19,960 nucleotides of DNA from Candidatus Bathyarchaeia archaeon (GTDB lineage: Archaea; Thermoproteota; Bathyarchaeia; Bathyarchaeales; Bathycorpusculaceae). The stretch lies in NCBI GenBank assembly GCA_050010515.1, contig JBEKKX010000039.1, positions 1 through 19,960 of the forward strand, read 5' to 3'. The first letter of the stretch is position 1. Each line of letters opens with the position of its first letter. A program made the translations under genes and the position numbers. This document shows, one piece after another, positions 16,491-19,960 of this stretch. The notes under the pieces were generated by a model that worked only from the letters and a program-made list of their open reading frames with translations, had not been told where the DNA came from and did no database searches.

Positions 16491-17180
16491 AGAACGGAAG
16501 GTTTTTGGGAAATTCTTGAGCGATTCAGTGTAGGCTGGCAGTTGGTTTATGAAGTCTTGCAGTTGAAGTACGGGTACAATGGGAACTTTATCGTAGAACT
16601 TGAATGCGCTAGGTATGAGGGATAATATGGATGGAATAAACTTGGCCTCACTCCACTTTGTGCATTCAAGTTTTAGGGCGATGTTTGGCAGCGAATCCGC
16701 TAATGCTCTTGTACGTTCTACCTGTGAATCAACGATTCTCTTCAAAGCAGAAGGTGCAATTGCATGTTGCCAATGTTTGCAGTCTATGCAGAGGACTAAG
16801 GGTTTCTTGCAGCCGACTACGTCTATTTCCCATTTGCGAACTGCATTTTTAAATCTAACGTTATTTGACACCGTGTATCCGTTGTTTTTCAATGCCAAAG
16901 CGGTAATTTCTTCAAACTCTTGCCAACAAAGCAAGTTGCTGATGTGCTCTACGTCTGCTCCTAAGGATACTGCTTTAACTGCTAGTTTGAGCCTGCTGGT
17001 GTTTTCTACTTCCACGCTGTCCTGTTTTAAATAAATGAGGCCTTCGTTTTGCAGTTTATCCAGCAATTTTCTTGCAGTTGATGATGGTATGCGGGCATCT
17101 CTATTGACACTTTCAGCTAAAACAGACCCTTTTTTCGTCAATTTAAGAAGAGAAATTACCAGATTACGCTCAACACTCAT
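16473..17180 (-). CDS. N-terminal wHTH-like domain plus Mrr/NERD-like PD-(D/E)XK nuclease
   Basis: IPSSTARKLLDKLQNEGLI is wHTH-like. WQEFEE.....L..NGY...EIDVVG...IDCKHW is the nuclease motif. Confidence 0.78.
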   Translation of the reverse strand: MSVERNLVISLLKLTKKGSVLAESVNRDARIPSSTARKLLDKLQNEGLIYLKQDSVEVENTSRLKLAVKAVSLGADVEHISNLLCWQEFEEITALALKNNGYTVSNNVRFKNAVRKWEIDVVGCKKPLVLCIDCKHWQHAIAPSALKRIVDSQVERTRALADSLPNIALKLECTKWSEAKFIPSILSLIPSAFKFYDKVPIVPVLQLQDFINQLPAYTESLKNFPKTFRSLSHNL

Positions 17181-17272
17181 GGCTAACCCTTAAGTATATT
17201 GACATAAAAGAAGCAAAAAATAGCAAATTGCATCAAAACTGAAGAAAAATTCAGCGTATGCAGCCCAGAACA

Positions 17273-17297
17273 GTATACGAAAGCATCAACCAAACAC
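17273..17297 (+). repeat. 25-bp dispersed intergenic motif, copy 5
   Basis: GTATACGAAAGCATCAACCAAACAC followed by ACTTTTTAAAGC. Confidence 0.9.
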
Positions 17298-17882
17298 ACT
17301 TTTTAAAGCCCTCTCAGATAATTTAGCTTCATCCAAGACAATTCATCGCACCTTGTTACTATGCCCTCATCTATTATCCATTGCTGAAACGTTATTTCAG
17401 ACCTTACTGAAATACCCTTCTTTCTTTTCGCAAAAAGCAAAAACAACAAGCCTTCGCCACCCGAAGCCCTCAAAAGCAAAAAAGGACATGACAATTTATC
17501 AGGCTTACGTAAATTTGACGAGAGCTTCGATGATTTTTTTAACTTTTACATGTAAAAAATAACCATTCGATCGGTTTTCGCTCATAAAAAGCTCCCACAG
17601 CAACAACTTTGCGCAAAATAGATCGATTAAAAACCTGAGAATAAGCTACTTAACCGTAAAAACGCTTGAATTAGCAGTATAAGAGGCGAATTTTAAGGCT
17701 ACCTCGCTTATTTCAAGCTTTTATAGGTCTCCCGTCATGCTTTAAAAGCTGATTTTAGCTGTCGATGCCTTTTTTTTAACTCAATTTGATTTTGCATGCG
17801 GTATGTATATTTAAGGTTCGCTGATTTTCGAGAAATTTCAGGCACTTAAGGCGTTAAACTTGAGGCAAGCAATGCTTTAAAG

Positions 17883-17907
17883 TGGTTTCGTTGATGCTTT
17901 TGTATAA
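17883..17907 (-). repeat. 25-bp dispersed intergenic motif, copy 6
   Basis: Reverse complement TTATACAAAAGCATCAACGAAACCA followed by CTTTAAAGC. Confidence 0.88.
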
Positions 17908-17996
17908 AACACAGATATTCAACCGTAAGAACTGACAGTTTAGCCTGTAAAGGAAAGGCGGCTAAAACAGAAAGAACAGTTGAAAAAAAAGTTATT

Positions 17997-18197
17997 TTAT
18001 TTCTCTTTCTCTTGGATTTCGCATTGAAGCTTTTTTATGATTTCGTCGGCCCTTAAAGGCTCAATTTTCAGCGTGTAAAGTTGGCGGGGTGTGCGAAGTT
18101 TAAGTTTAACAGTGCCTTTGAGTCTTTGCACTGAGCAATGCTTTGCTTTGGCGCTCAAAGCTACAAACTTATCAACATCAGTAATTTCAGATGGCAT
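17997..18197 (-). CDS. rpl38e: 50S ribosomal protein L38e
   Basis: MP.EI.D...F......VKLKLRT.R.LYTLKI....A..I.K.L aligns with eukaryotic eL38 (MP..I..IKDFL...VKFKVRCSRYLYTL). Confidence 0.8.
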   Translation of the reverse strand: MPSEITDVDKFVALSAKAKHCSVQRLKGTVKLKLRTPRQLYTLKIEPLRADEIIKKLQCEIQEKEK

Positions 18198-18394
18198 ACA
18201 CATTTCCTCTACTAGTAGCCTTCATGGATGCAAGTCGAGTTTTTATTTGTTTTGGTGAAAAATAATTGAACCGTCAAAAGAGGGAAAAACTAAACTGTAC
18301 TATTCAGAATCAAATATTCTATTTAAAAAGGTTAAACATACACCTTAAAGAAAAGGGGTTCACTTTTCTTACTGCCAATAGAAAACATTCTTGC

Positions 18395-18595
18395 TTAAGC
18401 TTTTTTTGAACGTATGCCAAGCTTAAGGTTAACCTCAACAGTGTATTCCTTACCAACTTTCCCCACTGCAAAGTTCCAATCCTTTACTTCTACTTCCATG
18501 TCTTTGAATTGATTAACAATCGCATCCTTGTAGTCTTGGGCAGTTTGGCCGATTTTCTGTAATTTCTCTGTTATATTAATGGATGTTTCAGGCAC
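18395..18595 (-). CDS. Small hypothetical protein
   Basis: 66 aa, strong GGAGGTG RBS before the GTG, upstream TATA-like TTTTTATA, protein-like composition. Confidence 0.75.
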   Translation of the reverse strand: MPETSINITEKLQKIGQTAQDYKDAIVNQFKDMEVEVKDWNFAVGKVGKEYTVEVNLKLGIRSKKA

Positions 18596-18755
18596 AAATT
18601 ACACCTCCTCAAAATATGTAACTACGCTAAAGGAATTGACAGCTAACTGCTATAAAAAAATTTGTGATTGTACATGCACAAATGCAAAAATTGCATTATA
18701 GTTTGGATTTGTAACTTATTTTTTTCCCTATGTCAGCCCTAAAAAACCTTTTTGT

Positions 18756-19079
18756 TCAGAAGTGACAAGGTGCTTTTTGATTTAATGGTAGGATGAATGT
18801 GCTTATGCCAAACCAAATAGTTATTGCGAAGAGGGTTACAAAGATTGCTTCAATTATCACTATTAGCGTAAAGGTTGTCTGGAGATGTTCATGCATCGTA
18901 TAGATCTCGCTTGTGGCATTGCCGCTTGCTGAAAGCCCCGGATTGTTTCTTGCGCTAACATAATTGTTAAAGTCTTTATCTGCCTGCAACATTAAAATAA
19001 TTGGCGGCGCGACTAAAGCTATAGCCAGAAAAACGGCTGCAAGAGCAAAAACAGGTTTTCTATGTATAATAATCCACAA
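18756..19079 (-). CDS. Hypothetical membrane protein with two TM helices
   Basis: Two hydrophobic segments flank a polar loop. Confidence 0.6.
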   Translation of the reverse strand: MWIIIHRKPVFALAAVFLAIALVAPPIILMLQADKDFNNYVSARNNPGLSASGNATSEIYTMHEHLQTTFTLIVIIEAIFVTLFAITIWFGISTFILPLNQKAPCHF

Positions 19080-19160
19080 TTAATATTCTTTTTCAAAGTA
19101 ATAAGCGTTAAAAAATTTTGCCTAACGTGAACCCAACTGCCTAAAACTTTGCCTGTTTGG

Positions 19161-19221
19161 TGGTGGGCCGTACCGGACTTAACCCCAAACGGGTATGAGT
19201 CCCAACAGCTAAACTACCCGC
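19161..19221 (-). pseudogene. tRNA 3'-end remnant or degenerate tRNA
   Basis: The minus strand ends AAGTCCGGT-ACGGCCC-A-CCA (T-loop end, T-stem, acceptor strand, CCA). The upstream part has TAGTTTAGCTG and CTCATA but cannot form a cloverleaf. Confidence 0.55.
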
Positions 19222-19493
19222 TTTAAGGCATTTTGTAAGTTTTGATCGAATTTTGGAGTTGCCCGCCCCTGAACCCAAACGGGTTCAAAACCTTAGCTGA
19301 AATCTATTCAGGATTGGCGGGGATAGTGTTGAGCCCTTGTTTGAACCCTCTGGTTAACATCCCCCTAAGCCAAGTATTCTCGGGTGAACAGATAAGCAGT
19401 CTGAAACTTGCTAATAATGGAAAAAGATTGACTGGATGAATACATATCCAGAGGGTTGATTTCTTGGCTACGGTAAGGTATTAGTGGCGTTTT

Positions 19494-19676
19494 CTATCTT
19501 CTTCTGCCGCGGCTTATAAATAACTCCCAAACAACTCCGACAATTAGCAATATTACTCCTATGACAGGAAAGACAAGCACCGCTGTCTCGCCTCGTACAA
19601 CGTACAGGACAAGTCCCAGAACGATCAATATGGGTCCCGCCACGAGGAGTTTCGCGCGGGCGCTATTCCAGTCCAC
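19494..19676 (-). CDS. Small two-TM membrane protein
   Basis: GGAGGTGG RBS before the GTG, two hydrophobic helices and a basic RGRRR tail. Confidence 0.72.
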   Translation of the reverse strand: MDWNSARAKLLVAGPILIVLGLVLYVVRGETAVLVFPVIGVILLIVGVVWELFISRGRRR

Positions 19677-19873
19677 TGATCCACCTCCTCCCTCGTCTCT
19701 TTCACCTTAGTTACTTCCACTTTAGCGCGCGCTGCCTTGTTCCGATATTTACACCGGAAAAGATTACCGGTTAGTTGGCTAAATTTCAACCTTTTGCGCT
19801 AACGACGCACTTTCAGGTTTTTTGAGCAGCTTTGCCATCTGCAGTGACTTGGGTAGACGAGAACGGTCCAGTA

Positions 19874-19960
19874 TTAATTTTTTCTCTTATTCCATCTGCG
19901 GTTACCAGGTGGTCCTATAAGAAAATAACCTATTAACATAAGAGCAATGGTTACAACGAT
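19874..19960 (-). CDS. C-terminal fragment of a membrane protein starting beyond the window
   Basis: Manual translation gives IVVTIALMLIGYFLIGPPGNRRWNKRKN*, a TM helix plus basic tail. Confidence 0.55.
   Translation of the reverse strand: MVVTIALMLIGYFLIGPPGNRRWNKRKN

Noticed and set aside
127-16852. Antisense or overlapping ORFs (for example 127..414, 3832..4080, 6190..6606, 7412..7840, 9969..10334, 13371..13727, 16600..17034)
   Set aside because: They are shadows of well-supported genes and have no recognisable motifs.
9486-17907. 25-bp repeats as a CRISPR array
   Set aside because: Copies are 250-3900 bp apart, in mixed orientation and separated by genes. No cas genes are present.
9486-17907. 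The motif as a simple BRE-TATA promoter (the reverse strand contains TTTGTATA)
   Set aside because: There is no purine-rich BRE, and distance and orientation to start codons are inconsistent.
19161-19221. Functional tRNA-Met/Ile2 or tRNA-Sec
   Set aside because: It is only about 61 nt, the 5' end does not pair with the acceptor strand, and the T-arm 5' strand and TTC are missing.

Overview
Archaeal chromosomal window, probably Bathyarchaeia or another TACK lineage (inferred from L38e, Tsr3, an Hjc-like resolvase, stand-alone Lrp/AsnC domains and a DUF3227/NitrOD5-like protein). The left edge has a truncated IS5/IS1182-type transposase, apparently interrupted by the end of a second IS. Salvage and repair genes follow: mtnP, apt, a macrodomain protein, tsr3, nnrE/D, pncA and yjbQ. 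Also present are two SAM methyltransferases, a LysE exporter, a DUF559 nuclease fused to a CFI-box C-terminus, an Hjc-like nuclease, a LolD/FtsX ABC pair, a wHTH-PD-(D/E)XK nuclease, rpl38e and small membrane proteins near a tRNA 3'-end remnant. The strongest unexplained signal is a 25-bp asymmetric intergenic motif, GTATACAAAAGCATCAACMAAACMM, present as six well-conserved copies plus one degenerate copy in both orientations between 7.3 and 17.9 kb. Inverted pairs of it bracket long non-coding tracts. One such tract holds an unannotated small ORF ending in SCTTTSCSCCSCG, which resembles a thiopeptide core or a metal-binding peptide. Family assignments come from motif recognition only; no searches were run.
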